Assembly (NCBI GenBank): GCA_051362555.1
Contig: CM120643.1
Location: 4,030,001 to 4,094,000, forward strand
Direction: 5' to 3'
DNA length: 64,000 bases
Origin: Lingula anatina
Lineage: Eukaryota; Animalia; Brachiopoda
Below, piece after piece: positions 62,761-64,000 of this stretch; the stretch's first letter is position 1; each line of letters starts with the position of its first letter. The notes beneath the pieces are model-generated. The model saw nothing but the letters and a program-made list of their open reading frames with translations. It had not been told where the DNA came from and did not search any database. A program made the position numbers and the translations under genes.

Positions 62761-63346
62761 AGGAAACTTAAGATGATATATATGTAGTTATGTAGATACA
62801 TAGATGAGAAAATACCAAGCTGAAAATATCTTAACTCAGACTGGAGCCACACACACCAAGACTTACATACATGTTCTCCTCCCACACAGACAACATCGAT
62901 CATCACGCTCTCATTCACACTTCCTATTTCTATAGTCATAAGTAGCTGGTCTTTCCTCAGGTATTCACACACATCATCCACGGATTCACTGACAAAAGAT
63001 ATCCACACTGATGCGCTGAGAACAACTGATGCGCGGAGGAATAATATACATGAATAGAATTCCATAATTGTGTGCACTTGTGCCAAGCATAATAATAATA
63101 CCATTTCGGCAAACATTCAGTCTATGTGATTAGACGTGAAGCGCACCTTTTCTCTGTGTTTGTCGTGGATGTAGAAAACATTATATTAGCAATAAAGATA
63201 ATACTAAATTTAATTGGAAACAAAACAGAGTTCCTTATTTACATCATATAGGCCTAATCACAACTTTTTACATGTATGATTTCTATGTATTAATTCTACA
63301 GAGAACCTAAATAATTATTTACTTTTTTTGCACTATTCTGTACAAA

Positions 63347-63832
63347 TCAAGAAATGAAATTTATCGTTTCAATCGATTTTACTTGCACCAACATTATAGA
63401 GTTAAGGTTTAAGTGGCGAATTTTTGTCCCAATATCGTCCCCGATGTCGAATTTTTTCTTGCCTTCCTTGCCGTTAATCTTGGCATATATGCTGCCATTG
63501 AAATACCACGCACTTTCACATTCCGGATGGTCATTCAGCAATTTAAGTAGTTCCTTATTTTCTTTTGTAACATCGTCTGCTAGCCTCAGGGCTCTGTCGG
63601 ACCTTTTTAGCTCACCCCTTTTGCGCATGATACGGGATTTTATCTCTGTGTTTTTTAACTTTAAGATGATCGGCCTGGGTTCCCCTGGTTTGCCGGGAAT
63701 CCTGTGCACCGCCACAATATCATCGCCTTTCACCTCTTCCTGTATCTTCTCTTTTAATGTTTTAATTACTAGGGCAGAAGTTGTTACATTGTTTTTTCGG
63801 CTGTATTGTTCGTTATGGTTGGCTTTTATCAT
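63347..63832 (-). mobile_element. LINE ORF1p-like fragment (L1-type RRM + C-terminal domain)
   Basis: NEQYSRKNNV...DIVAVHRIPGKPGEPRPIILKL...LRLADDVTKEN...SAWYFNGSIYAK. The coiled coil and the segment after NNV appear deleted. Confidence 0.85.
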
Positions 63833-64000
63833 AGCCTCTTGTCTGTTACGTAAAACGCTTTAGTTAAAGCTCAAGTTAGGATTTGATATCTTTATCCACA
63901 TCAACATAACCGCGTTACGTCTTCTCCAGTATCGATTTTGTCAGCAATGAAATCCGGTAGAATAAAACCGAGAGCTCAGTCTCATGTAAAAGTAATAATA

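Noticed and set aside
63354-63863. 169-aa plus-strand ORF
   Set aside because: Antisense shadow of the LINE ORF1-like frame.

Overview
AT-rich, repeat-dense animal nuclear DNA with spliceosomal introns and microsatellites. The repeat types suggest an invertebrate, possibly a lophotrochozoan; that assignment is inference. There is one apparently intact gene: a divergent FASTK/RAP-domain mitochondrial RNA-binding protein (ATG 14767; exons 14767-16720 and 17428-17573; 699 aa). It lies between two ~9-kb direct repeats (~3421-12348 and ~50281-59498). Each repeat carries decayed exons and a cassette of three tandem tRNA-like modules. A decayed multi-exon + strand gene (~30.2-45.0 kb) ends in a Ulp1-like protease plus PHD finger of the kind carried by Ginger-type DNA transposons. 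It contains a 4.4-kb 32-bp minisatellite and a 39-bp array that looks codon-derived. The remainder is nested non-autonomous DNA transposons (TAA/TTA-TSD, TTAA-TSD, foldback, Helentron/HINE-like) and LINE fragments (L2-like, Rex1-like, internally deleted L1/Tx1-like). No CRISPR array, rRNA or clearly functional tRNA was found. Repeat boundaries were read by eye and may be off by some bases.
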